Assembly: GCF_006345805.1 (NCBI RefSeq)
Contig: NC_043002.1
Location: forward strand, 38,316,001-38,380,000
DNA: 64,000 nucleotides
From: Octopus sinensis
Lineage: Eukaryota
Direction: 5' to 3'
Shown one piece after another: positions 1-14,134 of the stretch. The notes beneath the pieces were generated by a model, which was not told the origin of the DNA, did no database searches, and was given only the letters and a program-made list of their open reading frames with translations. How positions within the stretch are numbered: position 1 is the first letter of the stretch; every line of letters starts with the position of its first letter. Position numbers and translations under genes: made by a program.

Positions 1-355
1 TCTCAGGCTCACCTTGATCATTTTCTTATTTTTTCCCAACAAACCTACGGTGTTTTATGTACAAAGCACCGCTCCAAATATTTCGCATAAACATTTCCCG
101 TTTGTTTCAATGCATAAACACTGGAACTCTATTGCTAGGCATGCTTTTTATTCCTACAACTTGAACGGTAAACTTCAAACTGAGAGAGAACGTCAGCCAT
201 CTCAACAGTTTGTAAGAAAGAGTTGCAACGTGATACAAAACATCCTTTACTAATTGAAGTGATCATATCAAATTGTATCCTTCTCCTTTATGTTGGTTTC
301 AGTACATTTCTCTCTCTGTTTCTGCATCCATTCATAAACTCACTAACAGTTGCAT

Positions 356-417
<62 letters not shown>

Positions 418-532
418 TTCACACGCACATACATACTCTCTTATACACACACGCACCTTTGTGTTGGGGGTCATCTTTACGTTGTTATCTCCCCTACTTT
501 CCTCCTCGTGTTTGACCCTTCAGTCCCGCACT

Positions 533-722
533 AGTCGCCATGATAGATCGTTAGCCACTACAAACATTTTTTTCTCTCCTTGTTTTTTCTGTGTCCCTTT
601 CTGTAGAAGAGCGTAGGCTCAAACGTAAAATACTTTTTCTATTCCTGAGCGTTATACTAATACATCTGTTTGTTTTGTACACCACCTGTTTTCGTCTTTT
701 GTTATTTTCGTAAACTCTCCCT
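533..722 (+). mobile_element. Short hammerhead-bearing PLE pseudo-LTR element, family A (copy 1)
   Basis: About 190-bp unit repeated at 34796, 53157 (minus) and, more diverged, at 38441 and 59087. Contains CTTT-CTGTAGA-A-GAGC-GTAG-GCTC-(G)AAACGT-A at 597-631 and ends in (TA)n. Confidence 0.7.
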
Positions 723-740
723 ATATATATATATATATAT

Positions 741-1090
741 GGGTACGAGAATACCCCCCACCTTTGCTAACTTAGTCATGAGGTACCTAGAAATCGCTCT
801 TTATCGTAACGTACTAGAAAAATGCAGAAACCCATTCGCCTTTACATAGAAAATAACTGTAAGAGATATCTAGATGATTGCTCCATTCTTTGGCATGAGA
901 GTATAGAGTGACTTAAAGAATTTCAAGCACTTCTAAATGGACTTGACATAAACATTCAATTTACGATAGAATATAGCCATCAACAACTTCCATTCCTTGC
1001 ATCCTCATTTAGAAATCCAACAGCAAAATAGAAACAGACACATGCTATAAGCCCACGGACTCCAAGCAATAAATAGCGTTCAACTAATGC
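741..1090 (+). pseudogene. Penelope-like element reverse transcriptase fragment (C-terminal RT motifs)
   Basis: Translates with stops to GTRIPPTFANLVM...CKRYLDDCSILW...NIQFTIEYSHQQLPFL...IETDTCYKPTDSKQ. Homologous to 16540-16900 of the long element in this window. Confidence 0.85.
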
Positions 1091-2030
1091 CAGAATACGT
1101 TTCCAACAACCCTTTCCTAAAAATAATAAAATCAAAGCAACACTCAAACATAGGTTCACACCCATCTAAAAAACAGAACCATCTCCTCTACCAAAAAAGA
1201 ATATAAGACCTAACCCTAGCTTCATAACTGCGCCCACCCCGCGAAGCAACAGCGGAGATTCCCCAACAACAAACAAAGAAATAAGAAATCACTACCCATA
1301 GGGTAGACATTACAACTCTTCCCTCATAAGGAGATACCAACGTAATTTTTATTCCAACAATCCACTTAACAACCACGCACAACAAACCTATACTACACGA
1401 AATAATTACTAACGACAGCCCACTAAAGCACCACATCCGAACATGGAATATAGGGACTTTCAATCCCTATCCAAGGACCCGCACCATAAATCACGACATC
1501 GGGGAACTTCACAACAACAGGGGGAAACTACATAACAGCTACCGTCCCAACCACGTCAATCCTTTTTTAGACCTAGTACACAGACACAGGGATACGAGAT
1601 AGCACCAGACCTACAGGAGAAACCAACATTGATAAAAGTCATCACGTTACCTCACAAAGGACTAACACCTTAACAAATCAACATATTCTCCAAACGGCTC
1701 AAATTTACACACTCCCCCCAACGTCCTAACCACAGCGAAATGAAAGATTTTGCAGTATTCTCTAGAAAATTCCGACTCGTCGAAGAACTGTACGACAAAT
1801 ACAAAGCGGACGAATTTTTAACCAGAAATAGGTAAGAACAAAATTCTTGACCTTTTCTGTGAACACATCACGAATTACCCATATCAAAACATACACAGAC
1901 AAAAAATACAACCCAAACTTCAGCAAAACAGAATGGGCTGAGCTGAACAGATTAAAGGATGGTAAGACAATAACAAACAAAGAGGCTGAGAAAGGGAGTG
2001 CATTAGTCTTAATGGACTACTATATACCAT
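1091..2030 (+). pseudogene. Penelope-like element N-terminal/pre-RT fragment
   Basis: NNPFLKII..., ...FSRKFRLVEEL..., ...ITNKEAEKGSALVLMD match the 14860-15890 region of the long element (TNNPFLKKI, FCRKLRLAE, ITIKEADKGSAVVIMD). Confidence 0.75.
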
Positions 2031-2329
2031 ACTATACTATATAACTCTAGTGCTATCCATATTGGAAGACATATCATACAATGAAAAGGCCGCCCAACAC
2101 TACAATCCTTTTTCCATTTGAAGACTATAGAAATATTTACAAAACATTTGATTTAATTTTTTCTTCAGCTTAATCATTTTTCCTCTTAATTAATATCCAC
2201 CTTTGTTTTACTCTCAGTTGAAAAAGTGGAAAAGGCTAAAACCGGTACTAACCGTTACAGAATGTATTTCACGCTAAAATTAATTCAGCATTTTCTACCT
2301 TATTTTCCTTACACACACACACATACACA

Positions 2330-2455
<126 letters not shown>

Positions 2456-2497
2456 TATTTATTAGCATGTCACATGGTTTTATAAATCATATATCAT

Positions 2498-2536
2498 AAT
2501 AAGCGCTTTCGTCCACTCTAGTGAAGTCGTCAGATT
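2498..2536 (-). ncRNA. Minimal type-I hammerhead ribozyme (stem III palindrome AGCGCU)
   Basis: Minus strand reads AAT-CTGACGA-C-TTCAC-TAGA-GTGGA-C-GAA-AGCGCT-T-ATT. Core is intact; C-C mismatch at the base of stem II; 3-bp stem I. Confidence 0.6.
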
Positions 2537-3070
2537 GAACTTTTTCAGGAATTTTGTCTCTTTTTATAATATTATTGAGTGTGTAGGGGGAAGTGAGATA
2601 TAAGATAGAACAAGAGGGTGAGAAATGGGGAGAAAGTGAGAGGGAGAGAACGTGTGTGTGTGTGTGTGATTTTGTATCTGAAAGAGGTTAAAGGAAAAGA
2701 GAAGGAAAGGAAGAAGAATGAGAGAAGGAAGAAAAATGTGTTGATATCTTTGCAGCTGGCCAGTCTTTCAATAGTAAATGATTCTTGGTTTTTGATCCCC
2801 TTGGAGTGACCAGCTGAGTTTGCCATTTCTAAAAGCCAAGAATCATTTACTATTGAAAGACTAACCAGCTGCACATTTTTTTCTTCTTTCTCTCCTTCTT
2901 CTTCCTTTCCTTCTCTTTTCCTTTAACAATTCTTTCAGATACAAAATCACACACACACGCTCTCTCTCACTTTTTCCCCATTCCTCACCCTCTTGTACTA
3001 TCGTATATCTCTCTCCACCCCTACACACTCAATAATACTATAAAAAGAGACAAAATTCCTGAAAAAGTTT

Positions 3071-3109
3071 AATCTGACAACTCCACTACAGTGGACGAAA
3101 GCGCTATTA
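3071..3109 (+). ncRNA. Hammerhead ribozyme, degenerate copy (G8A)
   Basis: AAT-CTGACAA-C-TCCAC-TACA-GTGGA-C-GAA-AGCGCT-ATTAT; mirror of the 2498-2536 motif. Confidence 0.5.
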
Positions 3110-3229
3110 TATGATATATGAATTATAAAACATGTGACATACTAATAAATATCTGTAAATATAAACCATCCAGATTTCTGAGTACCTCATTTCTTCTAAT
3201 ATATAATACCTGTACATCATCTCCAAACC

Positions 3230-3269
<40 letters not shown>

Positions 3270-5073
3270 ATTAGGTATTTAACAGTTACTAAAAGAAAGC
3301 AATTGTTAAAGGCTTACCGTATGGAAATTTTTTTTATAACATGATGTTCCAAAAATTTCCTATAATTTCGACTTCTGACGCTTATTGAATTTTTGAAGTC
3401 GAACTTTTCACAAATTTAAACATTCGTTGCATTCACTGCCGAGTATTCTGTTGCAATTTGCAAAGTCTGTCACTTTCTATTTCAATGTTTTCATTTCAAA
3501 TTTTAATTTGCTATTTGCAGAACACGCAGTTTATTTTATATAATTAATGTAAAGACAATATCGATTGAATGAAATTTTTAAAGGGATTTTGTTGTTATGG
3601 CTGTTTGTACGCTATAAGCCTTACAATAATAACTATCCGGACCGATTTTAGTCACTCTTTTCCATTTAGAAATCATGGGAGGAGCATTTTTGTTAAAACA
3701 AAATTGTAAATATTTTCAGGGGAAAAGGTGAACAATTCAAAAGAGGTTTCACAGTTGTTTCTAGCACATGCCAAACCACATTCCCTTTTCACTCTCACAT
3801 GTGTTGATGTTTTTTTCAATATTTTCCACCCATTAAACACATTTTATGGAATGATGATGCCGAAGTAACGCAAGCATGGTCCATTAGAATATAAGCAAAA
3901 ACAAAAAAAAAATTAATCTAAATTTTTACCTCCCAACTCAGTGAAGCGAAACCGTGTGTGTGTGTATAGGAAAAAATATTCTCTAACAGAAAAGTATGCT
4001 ATAAAAATAATTATCGTTTAGGTAAATCTTTTTCTTTTTTTAAATCACTGTGGATAAATGCCAGCAATGATCTTTTCAGGCTCTCCAGTATTTAAAATTA
4101 TAAGCAGAAACAATCGGGGGCAGGGAATGGGGTTGCAAACAATTCATAATTTTCAAATTTTATTTTTCATAGCACATAAATGTATTTATGGGGGAAAATA
4201 TTGAAAACATCAATACATGCAAGAATGATAAAGAAACGAGGAGGGTTGTCTTGGGATGTGATAGAAATAACAGCCAAATCTCCCTTAAATCACTCACTTT
4301 TTCCTCTGAAAATATTAACAATTTAAAAACAAATTACCCGAAGGGATCTCTCATGGTTTTCAAGTGCAAAAAGAAAAAAAGATAATCAAAATAGTTCCTG
4401 AGTGAGATGATGAGGGAGGTGGGGTGTTGTAAAAATATTTCAAAACTTTTCCATACAACCTCTGCCGTTCGAAAGGTATTTGCATAAACTTTCATGAAAT
4501 GATATTCATTTTCTTGAAAGTTATGAGGGAAAAAATTCGGATCGTGTGAAGTTTCTGAAAGTGCTTCTCGGAAACAATTCTTTGCCATAAATCCCTGTAT
4601 ACTCTGAAGCCGCAACATCTAAGCGGTATTGGTTGAAAATTTCGTTAAAACGTGTCCATTTTTCTGGATGTTATGAGGCAACAAATTCAGGGGTGTATAT
4701 ATCTGTAGTTATGCCCTTTTATCTATACGATTTCTTTATTTCATTCATTTTTTCCTATGCTCTCCCCCTCTCTCTCTTTCACACACACACACTCACACTC
4801 ACTGCAAAGCTTACAGATGGGCTGCTGAATTGAAATATTTAAGTTGCCTTGAGGGGAAGGTAAAACTTGACAAACAGCACCCCCTGCCTCCGCAGTTGGA
4901 CTACCTTGATGTTTGTTTAAAAAAGAGAGAATATGACTCTGATAAAATAATGAAGCAATATTTACTAAGCAAGTGAGTACTATTATACGCAAAAATAATT
5001 AGATGTAAAATATCATAAAAATTATTAGAAATGGGAATCAAATGTAAAAATATTATCAAGTGACCAACAGAAA

Positions 5074-5101
5074 ACTGCCCGGAGGGCGGTCTTCCTGCTA
5101 G
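5074..5101 (+). mobile_element. Helitron 3' terminus
   Basis: GC-rich hairpin ACTGCCC-GGA-GGGCGGT followed 7 nt later by CTAG and then T, the canonical Helitron 3' end. The 5' end was not identified. Confidence 0.55.
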
Positions 5102-5930
5102 TATTTATAATGACATCAACATCAGAAGTGTTGTCGTAGAGAACCGTTTAAAATCTTTTTAACCTTTTCTGCTACATTTTTACCGACTCTTCTAGTCTAA
5201 ATCAACTAGACTATTTCTCCAATTATCAATAAGAGAAACAACTTTTACTTACAAACGTAGTGTTATTCAGATTGGATAAAAAAAATATATTCCTGATACC
5301 ACGTGGAATTTCGCTAGCACGATGACGACCGAAATTAAAAAACAACATTACCGACATACATACAAGCTGTTCGTGCTAAATTTGAACATCTTGATGTATT
5401 AGCGAACAGTGAACGGCGTTGGAGAGCATAAAGACTAAAGATCTTATTGAGAAAACAAACGTTCGCTGTTGTCATGGAGGACTGGGAACCACCTGAATAT
5501 TGAAAAGGAGTTACTTTCAGTATGATGATTCGCGCCGTTTCCTTTTTTTTATGTAAACGCGCGCGTGTTAGACATTTAATGTCAGTTTAGTTATTATTTA
5601 CTCGTAAGCTATCATTCAGATACCCTCCGTTAACAAGCATCAGAAAAAAATAAACAACAATCTAATGTTCATAGTAAAGATTTCCTAAAATCCGAAGTGA
5701 ATTCAGTAGTGTTATATGCAAACGCAAAAGGGTAAGTCAATGCACCTGAAAATTCCACCAAAGGAAAAACACTCCAGACAACAAAGATCATTTATATGTT
5801 TGTTTCCCATAAGTTTCAAGATGATGCTAACATTTCAAGGAAAGGTTGCTTCTTGTTGACTCGTGAATGTTACATTACGTCATATATAAATTTAAACCTT
5901 TCTCTTTTCTTTCCCCTTCTCTTTTTCTCT

Positions 5931-5965
<35 letters not shown>

Positions 5966-7407
5966 GCATGTCTCTCCTTCTCAATCTTTCTTTTATTCTC
6001 CCTATTCTCTGCCGAACGTGCTTTTCTAATCTCATTGTAATTATCATTGTCAAAAATTTCAATACACATCAATGCGCATAGATCGCTAAAAAAGTCAGGT
6101 TTGCATATCCTCGAAATATCATTTTTCACATCAAACATTTGGCTACAACTTTTCTAAGAAGACCACGGCGCCTGTTCACAACCGGAAAATAAGTCTATTA
6201 TAATCTGAAGAAGTTTATCTATGCATATCCACAGAGCACTTTACACGATAAACGGTTAATGTATCATACTACGGAACTATTTGACTGCTTGGGTCTGTGG
6301 TTCACATTTAAACTTGACTTATTGACGGCATAAATGCTGTAAGTCTGATTGAAAAACACATTCATTCAGCAGTACTGGTGCAAAGAAACATAGTTCAATT
6401 AATTTCTTAATTCTCCGATACAATAATGTATTCTAATACACTGAAATAGTAATTTCCGTATAACAATGGAATCCTTTCTCCACTCATCGAATTTACTGTG
6501 AATCATTCCCACGCAATACTGAACCCGACCTCTCCGAGTCAGCAGACAATTTCTTTAAATTATCACTCTCTGCTAACATTACATTGTCCTATTCCTGCAG
6601 TACATATCTACATTATTCTCACCAGCCTGGAATAGCCTCTGTGCGTGATGGTATTGTTCGTTTCTCCACAGTAATTAAACAATTAATGACTGGAGTCAAC
6701 GGTAAAAGAATAAAACAGATTAAAGTAGTTAATAATATCACACTGAACAAAGTGCCAAGCCATTTAGCATTTGCCTATTCTAAAATAGCAGTAGCACATG
6801 CTGTTAAGGAACAATTTATTGGGTAGATAAAATAATGAAGTTCAAGAAAAGTCGATGGAGGTAGGAATGTTACTGTTGCAAATAAACTTCAATGGAGTTA
6901 AAAGCTAAAATATGCGCCGCCATTTTTTCATGGCAAGTTATATGAATATATTGAGTGTGAATGCTTGAGTAGCTTTGGGAGTGCAGGCGCGTGTGTTTAA
7001 GCAATTGGCAAGTCAATTTACCGGTCTCTACAAAGCATGTCATTCGAAAAAGGAATTCTTTTAGAATTTTCCCCTTTAGAATGCAATTTATATTAATATG
7101 TATCATATCCTGATGATTTATCTGTATTACTTTATTGTTACAAATAAATAAACATTTAATTTTGTTTTTCTCTATATTTTTATTAGCCATCGAAGCAAAC
7201 ATATCAAAAATTGAATCATACACAGGCACACACACACACACATATATACATACATACATAAATACATATATACATTAATACATACATATATATATATATA
7301 CATATATGTGTGTGTGTATAGATAACACAGAGATATACACACACTCAGGCATATGTATACATATATACAGATAGATATATAGATAGTCAAATAGATAGAT
7401 AGGCAGG

Positions 7408-7548
<141 letters not shown>

Positions 7549-7662
7549 TTTGGTATATCATTTAATAAATTCGCCCGTTTAATCTTTCTCTAAATCAAGA
7601 GTTCAAAGAAGCTATGGAATTACGTGTCAATGAAACATGAAATATATTCAGAATAAACGATC

Positions 7663-7865
7663 TGTATGTATGTATGTAAGTATGAATGTATGTATGTATG
7701 TATGTATGTATGTATGTATGTATGTATCTATGTATATGTATATCTATGTATATATATGTATATGTATATATATATATGTATATATATATATATGTATATA
7801 TATATGTATATATATATGTATATATATGTACGTATATATATGATGTATATATGTATATATATACA
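7663..7865. repeat. (TATG)n/(TA)n compound microsatellite
   Basis: Direct reading. Confidence 0.95.
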
Positions 7866-8734
7866 TAATGTAATTCCAGCTATTTTAAAAAGAAAGTGAT
7901 GTCGTTTATCACATAATTGTAATGTAAATATATTTGTATCCAGCTGATAATTTGATATCAGTCTTTTTAATAAAATTTCATTGTTTAGGACATATTTCTA
8001 TTCATATTTGTTTGTTTCTTTATTCGTTTAAATATTTATAATGATTATAAAGATAGCATCTAAATGTGCATATATGTTTCTATGCATCTATGTATGTATG
8101 TATGATCTCTCAATTGAATAATGTTCTCCTACATAACTTCTTTTATATGTTTCCAATGTAATTGCATTCGTTGTAATGAAAAATATTTATTACTTATTAA
8201 CGAACCATTACGAAATCCATTTAATACTAAAACATCAAATCAAATGCTTTGAAATAAATATTTATTTTAAACCACCAACTGTTTGGTTTGTCTAATGTTG
8301 TTATTCTTTAATCTGCAGGTCAGCATTGAATGAACAGATGTGTGAGAAATAAAAGACTATCTCGCTATGTTGGTTTTATCTTTTCCAATACAGGATTTTC
8401 TCAGACAATATTATCTTGTGTTATATCCCTTTTTATTCGAAGATAGTAGCACACAATCTCAAGGACGTTTTGCAGTTAATATATACACGTGGACACATAC
8501 AAACATATTAATATATACATACACTCCCATAAACACATAAAATACAAGCATACATTACCAAATTTCTTACAAATATCTCAGCAAAGGAACTAGTGCACAG
8601 CAATTACAGAAACTATGGAAACAGAATATTCAAGATCTCAAAACACGAAACCCCCTCTCAATGCTTACATGCAACTTACATATGGTAAACTCACAGAAAA
8701 TTTACAGCGTCATACAAAATGCAATATTTCATTA

Positions 8735-8830
8735 CGACTCTTTACATTCTGAGCTCAAACTTCATCGAAGTTCATGTTTGCGTTTCGTCTTCCGATATTG
8801 ATGTATAATGTACCGCCCATGAACTAGGTC
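8735..8830 (+). mobile_element. Degenerate SINE core fragment
   Basis: tttacattctgagctcaaacttcatcgaagttcatgtttgcgtttcgtc; a related piece lies in reverse orientation at about 50585-50685. Confidence 0.4.
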
Positions 8831-8904
8831 GATTTTATGGTCTGTTTCCATTATTAATGGGATGACCCAATATATTTAAGTGTATTTTTATATACATACA
8901 TAGA

Positions 8905-9311
8905 GACGCAGTCGTGGCTAAGAAACTTGCTTCCCAACCACATGGTTCTGTGTTCAGTTCCATTGCGTGGAACCTTGGGTAAGTGTCTTCTACTATAGCC
9001 TCAGGCTGACCAAAGCCTTGTGACCGTATTTGGTAGACGGACACTGAAAGAAGCCCGTCATATATACTGCATATATGTATATATATCATGCATGTGTGTA
9101 TGTATCTTCGTTTGTCCTACCCCCACACACACACCCTTACTTCACAACCGATGCTGGTGTGTTTATGTCTCCGTAACTTAGCAGTTCGGCAAAACAGACC
9201 GATATAATATGTACCAGACTTACAATGAATAAGTCGATTTCTTCAGCTAATACCCTTCACGGCGGAGCTCCAGCATGGCCGCTGTCAGATGACTGAAGCA
9301 TGTAAAAGAAT
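8905..9311 (+). mobile_element. tRNA-derived SINE, near full length (main family)
   Basis: Shares head (cttcccaaccacatggttc..gttcagt), body (gacggaaactgaaagaagcccgtc), internal microsatellite and tail (ctccagcatggccgcagtcaaatgactgaaac) with copies at 37969, 57509 and 19837. Confidence 0.85.
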
Positions 9312-9544
9312 ATGCATATGTAAATATATGTACGTATGAGAATATGTGTGCGTGTTTATATGTGTGCGCGCGCACGTACGCATTCGACCTGTGCAACATA
9401 ATGCAATATATCTTCCCCTTGATGATCCATTGTGGTTCAGTATGCAATTGAACATTGAACATCAAATATAGAGGTTCCAAACAAAAACATCGGGGAAACG
9501 TACTTACTGAACGAATGTTAAAAACTTGTTTACCATAATCTGCC

Positions 9545-10188
<644 letters not shown>

Positions 10189-10588
10189 CAGCAATTATCT
10201 ATAATGGCTCTGTATGCATAATTTTATTTATCTCGTCTGCTAGAGAAAGGGTGTCAGAATGTCTACGGTAGTAATTTCGTAATAATTTTATTAAATGCAT
10301 TCTCTTTAATATATTATCCCTACTGAACACACTCTCACTCCCGATTACATTCTTTAATCCAGCATAAAATAATTTTCTCTCTCTTTGTCTCTTTCTCATC
10401 TATGTTATTTTGTGTCTTTTTTCTCACTATTTCCCCTTCCCCAAGAGGCATAACGTTCTCACCCTCCACTTGTTTCCATGTTTATTATTTTCCTTGATAT
10501 TCCTATATTCCTATATTCCCCCTCTCTTCCTTTCAGAACGCCTATATCTACACTTTCCATTGGTTCTCTTAAAACTTATTCTTTCTCC

Positions 10589-10666
<78 letters not shown>

Positions 10667-11298
10667 CTCTCTCTCAACTTCCTACTCTGTCTCCCCTATT
10701 CTCTCTCTTACTGTTTATTTTACTGTTTTTCTACCTTCAATCTAATAGTGCATTTCTTGCTTAAGGACACTTTCTGTTTAACTTATTTTATCCAGGAAAT
10801 TTACATTTATAGATGCAGACACGCAGATATTCCCACATGCACTCACACACACACATGCACACACACACACACACACACACACATGCACAGACACTTCCAC
10901 GCACACACGCTCACAAACACATGCATACAAACTCTATTTCCATCCCTCTTTTCCTCAGAACTGTAAATGTCACTCGCTTAACATGTCACTTCCATACTAC
11001 ATAAACACTTGCGCGCACACTTTTCCCGCCTTCTCTGAACTTTCTTATCTCTGGCGTTTATTCTATCACGGAATTTGTGTGTATGGATGAGTATTACATA
11101 TACTGTTCTCTAGAGCTACTGGGTTCGTTGTGTATATAAACTAATTGGTTTGTTAATTCTCTAGGAATGTTCGAATGAATTAGACAACTCTGTTAAGAAT
11201 CCCAATAAAGGTCGAAATTCAATTAAGGTTGATCATAATATTTTTAAATCTATGGGAAAACAGTTAAATTTGCCATCCTTGTATGCCTAATATGTAGG

Positions 11299-11333
<35 letters not shown>

Positions 11334-11643
11334 ATATATATATATACATATACATATATATTTTTATATATATGACATTCAGTTGAATTAGGTACTTGAG
11401 TTGAAGCACCAAGTCTCCTGTATTTTCCGCTCGGCTCGAAGTAAGGTGAATATTCGAGGAAAATTATATTAATGCGTACGACTTGTTAAAATTCTATTTA
11501 TTTATTTGTGAAGCTGAAGATGGTATTGCATTTAAATTGACGTAATGATTGCATTGTTCAATTAAATGGAGCAGCTTGAAACGGTCGTACTGCATCCCTA
11601 TTTGATTATATATATATATATATGATATATATATAATATATAT

Positions 11644-11699
<56 letters not shown>

Positions 11700-11705
<6 letters not shown>

Positions 11706-12370
11706 GGCCCTCTCGTTATCGAGTATGCCCATTGCACGAAGCTAAACTGTTATTGGTGCTGTGATCGAATGTGAGTTTTATTTGCTTTTTAAGACTACAG
11801 CCATCCATTCACTTGAGACTCAGAGCACCATCAACAATCATGAACAATGTTGTTATCGTGCAATGCCTGTGCAGGGAGATTTTTTTTTTAAGTGAGGAAA
11901 GGCTGTGCACTGAGTCTATCCCACTCACTAAGCAACAGCAGCCATAATCCGAAAAGAAGAACAAGTCAACATCATCGGTAACCACTGAGCCGCAGGTTTT
12001 ATGTTGGAGTTATCCCAGTTACCTGAGTGACCTTCTCCTAGAAGGATGCCCTAACAAAGGCTAGGCGTCCTTCACTTCCAATGGTTTAACTGCGCGATCG
12101 GGTATTCAGTCCGATTATTTCTATGTCCACGCGCATGATAAAGCCTTAAGCCTTAAGAAAGAAAAATACACATTTATTGGATTGCCGTTGACTCTCAAGA
12201 GTTCCTCCGCCCTTTGATGGGTTTTGTTTTTCATCCCGCAAGGTGTCCAATAAACACCCTCCTCACCAAGCAAGCTTGGTGGGGTTGCCGGTTTTGTCGC
12301 CGACTGCCCGACCATGCAACAGGTTGTACTGGGTTACATGTTACCAGTAGCACTCGAAAGTGACCTGACA
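11700..12370 (-). mobile_element. Non-coding RTE-type retroposon derivative (5'-UTR-like)
   Basis: GC-rich non-coding block between two (TA)n tracts. Minus strand starts gtcaggtcactttcgagtgctactggtaac...ggcaaccccaccaagcttgcttggtgaggagggtg, which resembles RTE-clade 5' UTRs from recall only; no ORF. Confidence 0.45.
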
Positions 12371-12372
12371 TA

Positions 12373-12429
<57 letters not shown>

Positions 12430-12433
12430 TTAT

Positions 12434-12540
12434 ATTGGGTTGTCCGGAAAGTTTTTCCGATTTTTTCTTAGGAAAGAAAAAGGTAAATAAATACTTGCCA
12501 TTACATGTATGTATTTAGTGACTGAGCATATAGTGACTGT
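12434..12540 (+). mobile_element. Mariner-type terminal inverted repeat fragment
   Basis: TA followed by ttgggttgtccggaaagtt, typical of mariner TIR starts. No partner TIR found. Confidence 0.45.
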
Positions 12541-12902
12541 TTATTTTTGCATCACAATCTATCTACGAGACTGAAAATTCTTATTATAACACAACAATAA
12601 CTGTGGGAGATGGTGTGAGTGTATGTGTGAATGAGCTTGTGTGTGCGCCTTTCTGTCAGTGTATGTGTGTTCTTCTGCTTGTGTGTATGTTCTTTTGCTT
12701 GTGTCCACATTTGTTTATGTCCACATTTGTGCCTTGAATCACAATAAAAACCCCTGCATACTGGGTAAATCCACCACGTATTAACCTAAAAGGAATCGTT
12801 TAAGTAGTTTCCGGTCACTTTTTAATTCCTCGTCACTGAATACTTAGAGTTGTATCTTCTGATACTGCTAAGTAATCATCGTGATGCACGCATGTGCGCA
12901 TG

Positions 12903-12947
<45 letters not shown>

Positions 12948-13087
12948 ATGTATAAATATATATATATATATGTATATGTGTGTATGTATATATATATATT
13001 ATATATATATATATATATAATGTATACATACACACACACATATAATATATATATATACATATATATATTATATATATATATATATTA

Positions 13088-13127
<40 letters not shown>

Positions 13128-13483
13128 TATATATACGAGTAGACAACGAACAAAGGGGACTCAACACATTTATTGGGAGTCACATGTATAGATCAGAACA
13201 GTTTGATTCAGACTCGTTGGTTCTGTGTTTTAAGTCATTGGATTCTGAATTGGAGTTCGATTGAAGAGAGTCAATGCTTACTACTGGAAGTTAGCCTGCA
13301 GTTCGTCGAGAAAGGTCACACGGTATAGCAGTTTGGTATTGGTGTTTCAGCCACAACAATTAGTTGCAAAATACCGCATGAACAGGAAATCGACCGCGTG
13401 GTGGACAAGAAATCGGGCGTGTGGTCGGGAGGAAGTAGATGTGGGGGTATATATGTATGTATATACGTATATATATATATATA

Positions 13484-14037
13484 TATATAGAAAATAGTAA
13501 AAAGTGAAAAAACTACAGAAGGCTTAAAGGTTAAAAAAATATATATATTTGCGTCAATATGTCTGAAGAATATTAAAAAAAATTTTTTTCCCTTACAATG
13601 ACATAGTTTAGAAGAAAGACCGGTTTCGCGTTTAGCTTTTCAAATTTTCCTGCGACGTTATGTTTATGTTGAATAGAGTTATCGTTATGTTTATGTTTAA
13701 AAGAGTTCTAAATAAGGGGAGGTAATGAGTGATTTCTTCCGGTGTAAGGGAGATAATCGCTTAAAATTTTTTTCTTTTCCCTTGATGTGAATTTCTCTGT
13801 ATCAGTATGTTGGCATGGTTAAGTCTGGGCTTGTACTTTTCAATGAAGAATGTTTCCTTGTTTAGTCTAATTTGTGTTGATGATCCGATAGCACATTGGT
13901 AAAATGGAAAGATTAAAAATTGTGGTAGTAGTTGCTTTGCGCATTTCTCAATGTGCTCACTAAAAAGTATCATTCTGTATTCTGGGAATGCAATCTGTTG
14001 TCGATGCAGTGTGCATCTACGTCTGAGTGATAGTCCC
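13484..14037 (-). mobile_element. Inverted copy of the Penelope 3' end/pseudo-LTR
   Basis: Reverse complement of 17501-18050 with about 10 differences by eye. Encodes the same MILFSEHIEKC...GKRKKF peptide (ORF 13761-13973). Confidence 0.92.
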
Positions 14038-14134
14038 CTGTAGTTTTTTCACTTTTTACTATTTTCTATATATTCAACCACGTTCTTTCACAAACCAACT
14101 TTCTTATCTATATATTAAACACGTGAGACCGAAA

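Noticed and set aside
4480-4640. RCCGFRVYRDLW on the minus strand as a tetraspanin loop
   Set aside because: Short motif bounded by stops, with no convincing splice sites or other exons.
11509-11590. CTGAAGA ... GAAACGGTC as a hammerhead
   Set aside because: No pairing stem II, and stem I is not adjacent to the core.
13150-13450. Possible LTR/pseudo-LTR on the minus strand (AATAAA followed by a GT-rich end)
   Set aside because: No second copy in the window and no diagnostic motif.
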